58,175 nucleotides of DNA from Octopus bimaculoides (Eukaryota), in contig NC_068991.1 of assembly GCF_001194135.2 (NCBI RefSeq), forward strand, positions 57,713,277-57,771,451. Direction: 5' to 3'. Position 1 is the first letter of the stretch, and each line of letters opens with the position of its first letter. The translations under genes were made by a program, and so were the position numbers. The notes below the pieces were generated by a model. That model saw nothing but the letters and a program-made list of their open reading frames with translations, searched no databases and was not told the origin of the DNA. Shown piece by piece: positions 47,960 through 58,175 of this stretch.

Positions 47960-50000
47960 TTCGCTCACTGACGACGATCTATTCTCGATCAGAGCCCAAA
48001 AGCCTGTGTTATTCTTCGTTCATTGGTACTTTTTTTAAACCTCTATTTCAAAGTCCTTATATTTAGTTAATTTTACAAATAATTTTTGTATTCTACAGTT
48101 TTGTCAACGTGATTTCATTTATTCAATATCAAGCCTACTGACCGGCAAAGCACGGTCAGTTTTTGATAGCAGAGTCCCAAAAAAACAGTGATAGCTATGT
48201 TTTCTTTGGGAGTTTTATTTTTCAACATGTTCGTCTTATATACGAATACAAATTTACGCATATGATCCAGTGCAAATACTGCCCGGCATTTAATGTATTC
48301 CTTTGAGGCTAGCATAAAGCATCCAGCGATGAGGTGGACAATTGTTTCACTGGCTGCACCACAAATGCAGTTGGTAGAATCAAATTTTGTGCTTTTGTAA
48401 TTTCTGGTGGGTAGTCTCTGATCCTTAGCTGCTGTAATGAAGTCTTGTTTCTGAATAAAGTCCGGATGTAGACAAAGATTGAGGTGACGCATTTGCATCT
48501 ATATCAGTCTGTTATAAGTCATTTACCATGAAATGCGTTGTATCTACATGTGTTTCGTAGCACTGAGATTTCATTTGATTTGGCTTTTGTTTTTATCTCT
48601 TTTGTTATCAAAGTTTGTTTTTGTGTTTCGTCTCGTTGCTTCTCCGTATCACTGATCATCAATTCTTGTACATATTTCTTTGCTTCTTGCATTGAGTACA
48701 ATCTGTTGGTCCTTTCATTTTTGCAGACGAGTTTAAGCCAACGATCATTGCTTTTCTTTTGAATCAATCCATGCAATACACATATTTTTGCGTCTTTTGT
48801 GACAGCCCTCAACAATCGTTTTATTGATAAAATGTTGGTCTTTACTACAATACGAGTCAGGGTTACAGCCTTTTTGTTCTCTGGAATATAGCCAGTTATC
48901 CATTAGGAACGTGTGTATATATATATACATATGCATTGAGTAATGATGGATGTTAGTATTTTATATATGGTTGTATGACATGTAACTCTTCGGTAGTTAT
49001 GTGGATTGTTAACTTCATCATTTTCGGGAAATAAATTACTCTATTTACCATCCAAAGAAGGATTTTCCAGGGGTCACATATGATGCTATTTTAGAGTCTC
49101 CCATTGGATTCAAGGAACGCATTCAGTCAGAATTTGGGATTCTATCTTTCCCAGATGATTTCCATTCTTTGGATTTTCTCAGTGCAGTCGTAAGATATGC
49201 AACAGTGATATCCTTCTATTTTTGCTCTGTAATATGTTCAGAATATCTTTCAGGTTTCGGTTAGAGTTACGATTTTTTGAGACAGTGTGACGTTCATTCA
49301 TACTGGTTTCTTTAACTTTCAGCCATTCAAACGATTTGATTTTTTAGATCATCTAGTACAGTTGGATCAATTTCTGTGTGACTTTCTTCATCTATTTGAT
49401 TTTCTTTTGCCTTGGTGTTTGTGATTGGTTCAGAGAGTATTTCACTTTGGTTATGAGTTACATTGAATCTTTCTATCATTACCGCACCTGGGTTGGTCTA
49501 TAATTATTTCCTTTGTACTATCTTCTTAGCTGCAACTTTCGTTCCCTTTATCACTTACTGATTGTTTAATTTGGTCAGTCTCTAACTCAGTTATTAATTT
49601 CTTTTTCATAATGTTTCTTCTGACGTTGGAATGTTTGTTGCTGTCTATGTAGGATTTTACTTCAAGGTGCTTCTGTCTCCAGTTTAGGTAGGTTTCTTCC
49701 GTATTAGATTTATTTGTGGGATGATAGAATGCCTTAAGAATATTTTTATTATCTCCCCTAGACCGTTTTCAATCTTTTTGTTTTAGTTATTTGATAATGA
49801 GCGTGCATGGCCATCTGTTGGAATATTCCGGCAGTGGGGTACTTCCAGCTCCTGTGCTTCGGGAAGATTTAAACCAGTAGTTGATTTTTCGTCACTGGGG
49901 TGCGTGAACCTTGTTGATCCAGGTGACGGTCGATTCGGTTTGTATTTTGCATTCTTATCATTGAGGCATGACGAGCATGGACGTTGATATTAAATGACGG
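47960..50000 (-). mobile_element. Decayed R4/Dong-type (RLE) non-LTR retrotransposon with internal RT deletion
   Basis: Collinear remnants on the minus strand: N-terminal AFYHPTNK...TYLNWRQK...IDSNK.SNVRRNI; WKSSGKDRIPN; FPKNDEVNNPHNYRRVTCHTTIYKILTSII; EQKGC...CSKDQHFINK...MCIAWID; FITAAKDQRLPTRNY; zinc knuckle CICGAASETIVHLIAGC; WDSAIKTDR...RLDI (PD-type nuclease). Many stops and frameshifts. Confidence 0.85.
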
Positions 50001-50624
50001 ATCTGTCTCTCTAGGGTTAATTTTTTGAGACAATACCACCTCAGACTTCTCTGAATAAAAACATTGCTGGTAACGTCGCTTGTTAAGGCTAACAGATTCT
50101 TCTGTATTTTTTTGTTGACAGGTTTATCTCCGGGCGTAGTTTTATGTGGTGGTGTTTAAAGTATGAATTGTTCGCTCTGTCTGTGATAGTTAAAAAAATA
50201 AAAATAAAACTCGTTATGTTATTTTTTGGCTTCGGTAGTGACACGTGATTTCATATGCGTATATGTGTGTCCTGTAAATTTCACGTAGTTGTGTAAACAT
50301 TCGGATGTATGTGTAGTCCTATGGATATTAAAATGTATATGATTGTGTAGACATTCGAGTGTATGTGTAATTAATCAATTTACGTACTTACTGTTTTGGT
50401 CCATTTATATTTTATAATTTGTACACTTTCCGATGTTGATTTCGTATGCCTTTCGCACATGTTCCACTGATACATCGTGCATAGGAGAAACTGTGCTTTG
50501 GCAGTAAAATTTCGTTTTTGTGATTATTTTCGTTAAAAGCCACTTTCTTCAAGTCTTTCACAGTTTCCTTTATCCCATTCCATCGATGTTATTAGATCTG
50601 ATTTGATTTATCATTCTTTGCTTT

Positions 50625-50631
50625 ACTATTA

Positions 50632-50675
<44 letters not shown>

Positions 50676-50712
50676 GTTGTTGTTGTTGTTGTTGTTGTTT
50701 TTTGTTGTTGTC
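50625..50712. repeat. (TTA)n-(TTG)n microsatellite
   Basis: Seen directly. Confidence 0.95.
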
Positions 50713-50730
50713 CTCCTAGTTCTTGTTCTT

Positions 50731-51288
50731 GTTGAGTAAGAGAGCGGCGCATGCCATCAAAATAATACTGGTGTAAAATATACGAAGCCCAATATACCCA
50801 TCATGACTACCCGTCTGATAAGGGCACACCAAGCACATGCACCACAAACATATGCGCGCGACATGGTGATCTGATGTCAAGATAAACAACGTATGACTCT
50901 GCACGCGGGGGTGGGGGTCAGTTAAAATTTTCTTCACGTAATTGCCCATCCCGGACAAATGGTCCCTGAGTCAGGGTTGTTTAAGGATGATGAACGAAAC
51001 ACCCATGCTTCCAGAGGTGAATTATTGAAGCCCCAAAGAATTTCTAGCATGGATATGATGCTCCCTCAGTAATTCTACTCGTTATCAGAGCTACAATATC
51101 ATCAGCCACCAGGTGACATACCCAAACTGGTAAAGATCAAACAAATGACACGCAAATCTTTGGTATTGAGCAGAATATTTGCTGTAGCCCGTCTTTTATA
51201 CCAAGAGAAATCAATGTACATGACAAAACTTCCAATCAGTTAAGACCAAGAGCCATGAGACCCACTATCTTGTAGTACATCAGGGCAT
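50731..51288 (-). mobile_element. Unclassified ~560-bp probable retroposed repeat
   Basis: High-complexity, less AT-rich block ending on the minus strand in a (CAA)n(TAA)n tail; no ORF; single copy here, so repeat status is inferred. Confidence 0.35.
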
Positions 51289-51933
51289 CCTCATTAAAAT
51301 TATCATTGTAATCATTTGTGGTGATTATACTGGTGACAATGATATTGATGATGACAACATAGACGGCTATCATGACGATAATCATGAGCATAATCGAAAT
51401 CCTTTTGACGATATTGGTGCTGCTGTTACCGTTGAATTTGTAGAGATTAATTTTGAAATTATGCACCCTGATGGCCTTTTCCATGAAACTGTTGCATCTG
51501 ATGTAGGTTCAATCAAAATTGCTTTTAGCATATTGCTAAATGAAAGACGATATCAGTTTCAAATAGAAACCGTTAAACGAATTAAATTTGACAAAAAATA
51601 AAAATTATAACGCAAAAACATCTAATAAATAAATAAATAAATAAATAAATAAATATTAAAATAAAGTCAATTATATAAATAAATAAAGGTGAAAATATAT
51701 AGAAATATAAATGAGGATTATTTCTGAATGTTATTTCTGTAACGAATGAATATAGATTTATTGAAAAATATAATTAGTATTGTTTACTTCAATGCAATCG
51801 GACTCATGCAATTGTCGGCAAATGCAAAGCAATTTCCAGAGTGTTTCTTCTAAGTCAAAACACGCACATGAATAACATATACGTACACACGAACACATAC
51901 ACCTGCATTTATATGTATGTATACGTTGGTGTA

Positions 51934-51968
<35 letters not shown>

Positions 51969-52112
51969 ATGCATGTATGTATGCATGTGTGTATATAAAA
52001 CTATTGCAAACATGATCTTCGAATAAGAATTACAAATCAAAATTTTTCTAGCGAAATCATACACATTGATACATAGAAACTATATACGCACTTACAAAAC
52101 ACATGCAACGCT

Positions 52113-52198
<86 letters not shown>

Positions 52199-53174
52199 CA
52201 CACACATGCGCACACGTTCAGACACGGGAGCAGGCACGTGCACAAATATAATTTACGTAAATATACATATGTGTAAGAAATAAGCGTAGATACTCCATTG
52301 TAAACATTTATGGATGAACGCGTAAATGAAGCCACATCTATGTATATAGAAACACTCACAGACATGCCGTGTACAAGTACACGCGTAGACACAAATACAC
52401 AGATATGCACACAGACAATAATGTGTCTGTGCAAACGCGGCATTCGTTTGCTTTTTGTAGGTTTATGATTGTATTTCGATATGAATATTTAGATTTCATT
52501 CGATTAGATCAATAAGATATATAAATTATGAGAATATTTAAACAATAAACACATAATACATGCATACATACTCATATACAGTAGCGAAAACACATGCATA
52601 CGCATGCAAGCTCTCGCACGCAAACAAACAGATATAAACACATATAAACACATATAAACTCACAAACGTATTCATACAAAATTAGATAAACGTTGGTAAA
52701 TAAAAAAAATTAGGAAACGCAAAACGATGCAAAAAGTAATCGTAAAAATCAGTTATAAAATTAAAGAGTAGAAAAAATTTAACATTTATAGGAACAACTT
52801 AACCTGCGCACATAAAAGAATAGAAATGCAAGTAAGCATATACCTCTCGCTCTATAAAACGCGTACTCCTGTATACGCAAACAGTCACTAAAATAAAGGG
52901 AAAAGAAACATAAATACATATATACATAAAATCCTATACACAGACATGTAGTGAAAATAACAGCCATATTATATACAAAGGCATTAAAACACCTGCGTTA
53001 AGTGTTCATTAGACATGGAATATACTGCAAAACAATCGGTGATATACGCATCCGCACATATTCCCATATATGTGTTGGGGAAGTATACATATCTGCGTAT
53101 ATAAAGAGATAGATACATACAGCAGTACATAGATACATTATACACACATACATACATACATAGACTGTCGAGGT

Positions 53175-53205
<31 letters not shown>

Positions 53206-53764
53206 CACATACATATATNNNNNNNNNNNNNNNNNNNNNNNNNNNNNNNNNNNNNNNNNNNNNNNNNNNNNNNNNNNNNNNNNNNNNNNNNNNNNNNNNN
53301 NNNNNNNNNNNNNNNNNNNNNNNNNNNNNNNNNNNNNNNNNNNNNNNNNNNNNNNNNNNNNNNNNNNNNNNNNNNNNNNNNNNNNNNNNNNNNNNNNNAT
53401 ATATATATATATATATATGCATACAAACACACACACACACACACACACACACGCATACGCACATTCATATATGACATAAGGTGAAAAGTGACCGGGGAGC
53501 CATCGGACAGACGACCAGTCTCTTAATCAACCAGTCAGACAAGCGAATGGTCGACCATTCAAACAAAGTAGACGGCAAAATAGAAATGAAAAGAAACAGT
53601 TTCCATGAGTGAGTGAGAATTAAATTGAAAACTAATTTTCTGCCTCACGTGTTTAATCAACGCCTTTTATGTTTATTATTATCGCACATATGTCGATGCA
53701 GACACCAAATAATGTATGTGTACATGCATGATTGTAGGTATGCCTGTGCTCTGCTTTCCTGACT

Positions 53765-54006
53765 AAGCGTGTGTGTGTGTGTGTGTGTGTGTGAGTGTGT
53801 GTGTGTGTGTGTGTGTGCGTGTGTGTGCGTCTTTGTCAATCAATCAATCAATCGACAGACCGACCTACCTACCTACCTATATACGTTTCTATTTATCTAC
53901 TATCTGTCTGTCTGTCAGTCTGTCTGTCGACCTGTCTGGTTCTCTACCTGTCTTTCTCTCCGACTGTCTGTCTGTCTGTGTGTTTGTCTGTCTGTCTGGT
54001 TGTCTA

Positions 54007-54040
<34 letters not shown>

Positions 54041-54200
54041 ATCTATCTATCTACATTGTAATTTGTCCATTTTCTGTATTTTGCCCTGTGTGGCTATAAT
54101 AAAAAGATATCTATCTATCTATCTAACTGTCAGTCTGCCTGTTTGTCTGATCTGTCTGTCTATCTATCTATCTATTTGTGTATCTGTTTCTTTGTATGTC
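53765..54200. repeat. Compound (GT)n/(ATCA)n/(CTAC)n/(TCTG)n/(TCTA)n array
   Basis: Seen directly. Confidence 0.9.
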
Positions 54201-54473
54201 TATTTATCTATCTCTATATATATGTATATACATATATACCTAGATACATATGTATGTGTGTATGAGTGTGTGCATAAGCATAGTTATACAGATATAAAAA
54301 CAAACGCAGATCTATATAATGTGTATAGACGCTCATACATACATACATACATTTATACATGCACATGCATGTACACGTGTACGTGCATGCATACATGAAC
54401 ATATAGAAACATATAATCGATACCTACACATTAGCTGAGCAAGACGTATTTAATATCACACTGAATTTAATTA

Positions 54474-55733
54474 TCAGGTCATCCGATAAGTTATGTCCGA
54501 ATTTTGAATTAAGAAAACAAGTGATCAAATGTTATATTTAATTGAAATTTAATCATCAATGTACTTTCCCTAATTATCTATTACTTCCTTCCATCTATTT
54601 ACAAGAGTTTTAATCCCATCAATGTAAAACTCTTTTGGCTTCAAAGCGTAGAACACTGAAATATCAGTTTCGACCTCCTCCTGGTTTGCGAAAGTTATGT
54701 CCCCCAAATAATTCTGCAAACTACGAAACAACTGGTAGTCTGAAGGGGCGAGGTTGGGAGAATAAGGTAGATGAAGAATGTTGTCCCAACCAAGCTCTTC
54801 GATCTTCCATGATGCAATCTTTGAAGTGTGGGGTCGTGTATTTTCCTGATGAACCATCACTCCATTTCGATTCACCAAAGCGTGTCTTTTTTGTCTTCAA
54901 AGTTTGGTTCAAACGCCCTAATTACTGACAGTAGACTTGAGCATTTATTGTTGCATTAGGTGGTAACAATTCAAAGTGAATTACTCCTTTGCAATCCCAC
55001 CAGATAGAGAGAAGGACCTTTTTTCCATGAAGTTCCGTTCTCGGTTGTGGTTGAGCTTTTTCCCTTTTACCAAGCCAATATTTACGACGTTTAGCATTTC
55101 GATGGAAGATCCATCGTTCGTCACCAGTCACAAGTCTATCCAAAAAGGTTGGAATGATTTCGCGAGAGTGGAGAGAAGAACAGATGTGAAATCAGGACTT
55201 TCGGTTGCTTTCGGACAATTCATAAGGCACTCATTTTCCAAGTTTAGGAACGTTTTCATGTTGTTCAAGATGATGAGCAGTTGTATGGTACGAACTAAGC
55301 TTTATTGCCAATTCTTCAACTGATAATGCAGGATTTCCTTCAAGTGATGCCTCAAGAAGCTTATCATCAACCTGAACTGGACACCCTGTTCGATCTTTAT
55401 CTTCAAGGCTGAAATCCCCAAGCCATCTTCTGCAAGATCTTTTATTCAAGCATTTTTTCCTATATACGGAGTGTATGTTTCGAGTCGCTTCGGCTGTAGA
55501 GTTTCCTTTTTTTTACTCATAAAGCATTACGTGCCTCTAATGCTCTTTGGATACTTCCAAGTTAGAAAAGGTGTTAATCAAAGAAATTATTCTGTAAAAT
55601 AATATCGAATTAGACTAAATGTACGCAAATGCATAAAAATAATTTTTAGTTCCATTAGACATTCTAAAATACTACTAAATTTCATTCAATTTTAAAAAAG
55701 GTAAAATCGAACAGAACTAATGGGATGACCTGA
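54474..55733 (-). mobile_element. Full-length mariner transposon (1260 bp), inactive
   Basis: TA TSD at 54472-73 and 55734-35; ~31-bp TIRs TCAGGTCATCCGATAAGTTATGTCCGAATTTT and reverse complement TCAGGTCATCCCATTAGTTCTGTTCGATTTT; transposase remnant between them. Confidence 0.95.
54549..55560 (-). pseudogene. Mariner DD34D transposase pseudogene
   Basis: LEVSKEH*RHVMLYE*KKGNSTAEATRNI...; KLGK*VPYEL; DRLVTGDERW (D1); HQENTRPH (D2 changed to E); YSPNLAPSDY (D3 after a 34-residue spacer); ends N*GKYIDD*. Multiple stops and frameshifts. Confidence 0.93.
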
Positions 55734-55759
55734 TATTTCCAAGATCTCACCGTCGTGAT

Positions 55760-55935
55760 TTGACCATCATCGTCGTCGTCATCGTCATCTTAGTCATCGT
55801 CATCGTAGTCATCGTCATCGTCATCGTCATCATCATCATCATCATCAACATCATCATCATTATGATCATGATCATGATCATGATCATCATGATCATGATC
55901 ATCATCATCATCATTGTCATCATCTACCCAGCCGT
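55760..55935. repeat. (CAT)n/(CGT)n/(GATCAT)n repeat
   Basis: Seen directly. Confidence 0.95.
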
Positions 55936-57376
55936 CATTGTACATCGCTACTATCGTTGTCATCGTTTTCATTGCTTCTCCTGATTATATTATTTTGTAC
56001 TTCAAATTCTATTATTGCTCGTGGTCAATGAAAAAAACAAAAAACAAAAAGAAACGAAAACCATGAATATTTCTCATAAATTCCATTTTTTCTTTTTTCT
56101 ACAGATATATATTTTCCTTTCTGAGCTCAAATGGAGCTATGACCGACATTTGCTTCTAACCTTTCAAGGCCAAATATGTACCTGTCGAATGTGGAGATCG
56201 ATGTAATTTTCCCTAAAATTGCCGTCCATGTGGTAAAATTTGAAATCATCATGGCAGAAGTCACGTACACATCTCGGAAGAAAAATGTAAAATTTTGATT
56301 GTTTTTACTGCTACATCAACTCGATCCCCGTCCATGGTCGTCAAAACTAGAGCTAATAGAACTCTTCATGGACATCCGAGTAACGTGTATAAAAGTGGCG
56401 CAAAATTCCAAAAAACACACATAAATATAGACAATTTTGAAACAAAGGCGACTGTTAATTTATTAACGTTCGCCATCTTTAATACGGGACTATTTATGAT
56501 GCTCATAATTTTCGACAAATTAAGGTGAATCATGATTCCTCACTTACAGAAATAAATACACGTAGATATATACATACATACACCACAACACATACATACT
56601 CAAGCACACACATACGCACACACACACATATATATTTCTACATATATGTATATAATTATATGTGTTTGTATCTGCATGTATGAATAAATGCATACACATG
56701 CACCATATACACAAATCTCTTTGCATGTATATATATATATATATATNNNNNNNNNNNNNNNNNNNNNNNNNNNNNNNNNNNNNNNNNNNNNNNNNNNNNN
56801 NNNNNNNNNNNNNNNNNNNNNNNNNNNNNNNNNNNNNNNNNNNNNNNNNNNNNNNNNNNNNNNNNNNNNNNNNNNNNNNNNNNNNNNNNNNNNNNNNNNN
56901 NNNNNNNNNNNNNNNNNNNNNNNNNNNNNNNNNNNNNNNNNNNNNNNNNNNNNNNNNNNNNNNNNNNNNNNNNNNNNNNNNNNNNNNNNNNNNNNNNNNN
57001 NNNNNNNNNNNNNNNNNNNNNNNNNNNNNNNNNNNNNNNNNNNNNNNNNNNNNNNNNNNNNNNNNNNNNNNNNNNNNNNNNNNNNNNNNNNNNNNNNNNN
57101 NNNNNNNNNNNNNNNNNNNNNNNNNNNNNNNNNNNNNNNNNNNNNNNNNNNNNNNNNNNNNNNNNNNNNNNNNNNNNNNNNNNNNNNNTATATATATATA
57201 TATATATATATGCCACCATAATTTTTTTGATTACCTTTGCTCATGATTTTCTTACATCAACGAACGTCTTATCTCAAATATCTTCTCATATAGCTGTCAT
57301 ATTCCTCATCTCAATCGTACCATCATAATCACCATCATCAGCAATCTGTATAATCACCAGCATCGTCGTCGCCACC

Positions 57377-57408
<32 letters not shown>

Positions 57409-57639
57409 CAACAACAACACTACCCCCACCTTTATGAAAATCATCATTATCATCATCATTATAATTACCATCATGAATATCCTGTCCATTGCGATATGAT
57501 ATTTATCATCCTTATTATTTCTGCCTTTCCCCATTATTGTCATTATTGTTATTAATATTTATCGCGACTATTATCAGAAACAAACAATTTTTTCCCTCTT
57601 CTGATCATCATAATCATCCCGCTCATCTTTATTATTACA

Positions 57640-57708
<69 letters not shown>

Positions 57709-57710
57709 GA

Positions 57711-57767
<57 letters not shown>

Positions 57768-57790
57768 CCTTATTATTATTATTGTCATTA
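57640..57790. repeat. (TTA)n microsatellite
   Basis: Seen directly. Confidence 0.95.
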
Positions 57791-58175
57791 TAGTTGTTGT
57801 GGTTGCTGTCGTTTTGGTTGTTTTTGCCCTTGTTGTTATCGTTGTTCTTGTTTATATTATTTTGCTGCTTGTCTCCTTTATTGTTTAATATATTTTGCTT
57901 TCTTTCATTATTCCTACTATTTTCCTTATATTTTTTTTACTTCGATTTTCTTTTTATGCATTTATTTATAATTTTGTTATTTGTTTTCTTTTTCATTATT
58001 TAATTGCATTCTCAAGTTTGCTTATTTGCAATAATTGTATTGAATATTTACAGACGATTATTGATGGTATGGAATGTGTATGAGCGTATGTATACAAGCA
58101 TAAAAACATACATACAAACATATAAACGTACATATACACGTATTATATATATATATATACACGTATTATATATAT

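Larger units (their letters stand above)
2776..57188. other. Sixteen assembly gaps (2776-3422, 8161-8519, 8917-8926, 9303-10085, 11296-11531, 14681-14690, 19662-20340, 21199-22152, 24213-24313, 27471-28102, 31887-32167, 37108-37117, 40750-40791, 43131-44106, 53219-53398, 56747-57188)
   Basis: N runs seen directly, about 6.3 kb in total. Confidence 0.98.

Noticed and set aside
50285-50375. Two ~28-bp imperfect repeats spaced ~54 bp apart (CRISPR-like spacing)
   Set aside because: Only two degenerate units in eukaryotic repeat-rich DNA; no array, leader or cas genes.
53545-53560. Perfect 16-bp palindrome GAATGGTCGACCATTC
   Set aside because: About one such palindrome is expected by chance in 50 kb; no second copy or supporting context.
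2332-57246. Long ORFs in the track containing X runs or YI/CV/HT/LS dipeptide repeats
   Set aside because: They are translations of N gaps and (TA)n, (GT)n, (CA)n, (CT)n microsatellites, with no domain content.

Overview
AT-rich, repeat-dense eukaryotic genomic DNA from a draft assembly: 16 N-gaps totalling about 6.3 kb, nearly all flanked by (TA)n or another microsatellite. The SINE families and microsatellite load suggest an octopus or related coleoid cephalopod; this is inferred from recognition, not a database hit. No intact, recognisable protein-coding gene is present, and almost all ORFs in the supplied track are microsatellite or gap artefacts. Well-supported content: a full-length but dead DD34D mariner (54474-55733, TIRs and TA TSD), a 3'-truncated mariner (16832-17800), a 125-bp mariner-type MITE, a decayed R4/Dong-type restriction-like-endonuclease retrotransposon (about 47960-50000), RTE and L1/Tx1 fragments, more than 25 tRNA-derived SINE copies of four families, an old 250-bp inverted-repeat pair, and local duplications at 21-27 kb. 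Several short high-complexity islands carry good splice signals and may be exons of an unidentified host transcript, but none can be named. I found no convincing new biological system. The best leads are structural (covarying SINE hairpin, cloverleaf MITE, Helitron-like ends, foldbacks) and the candidate exons.
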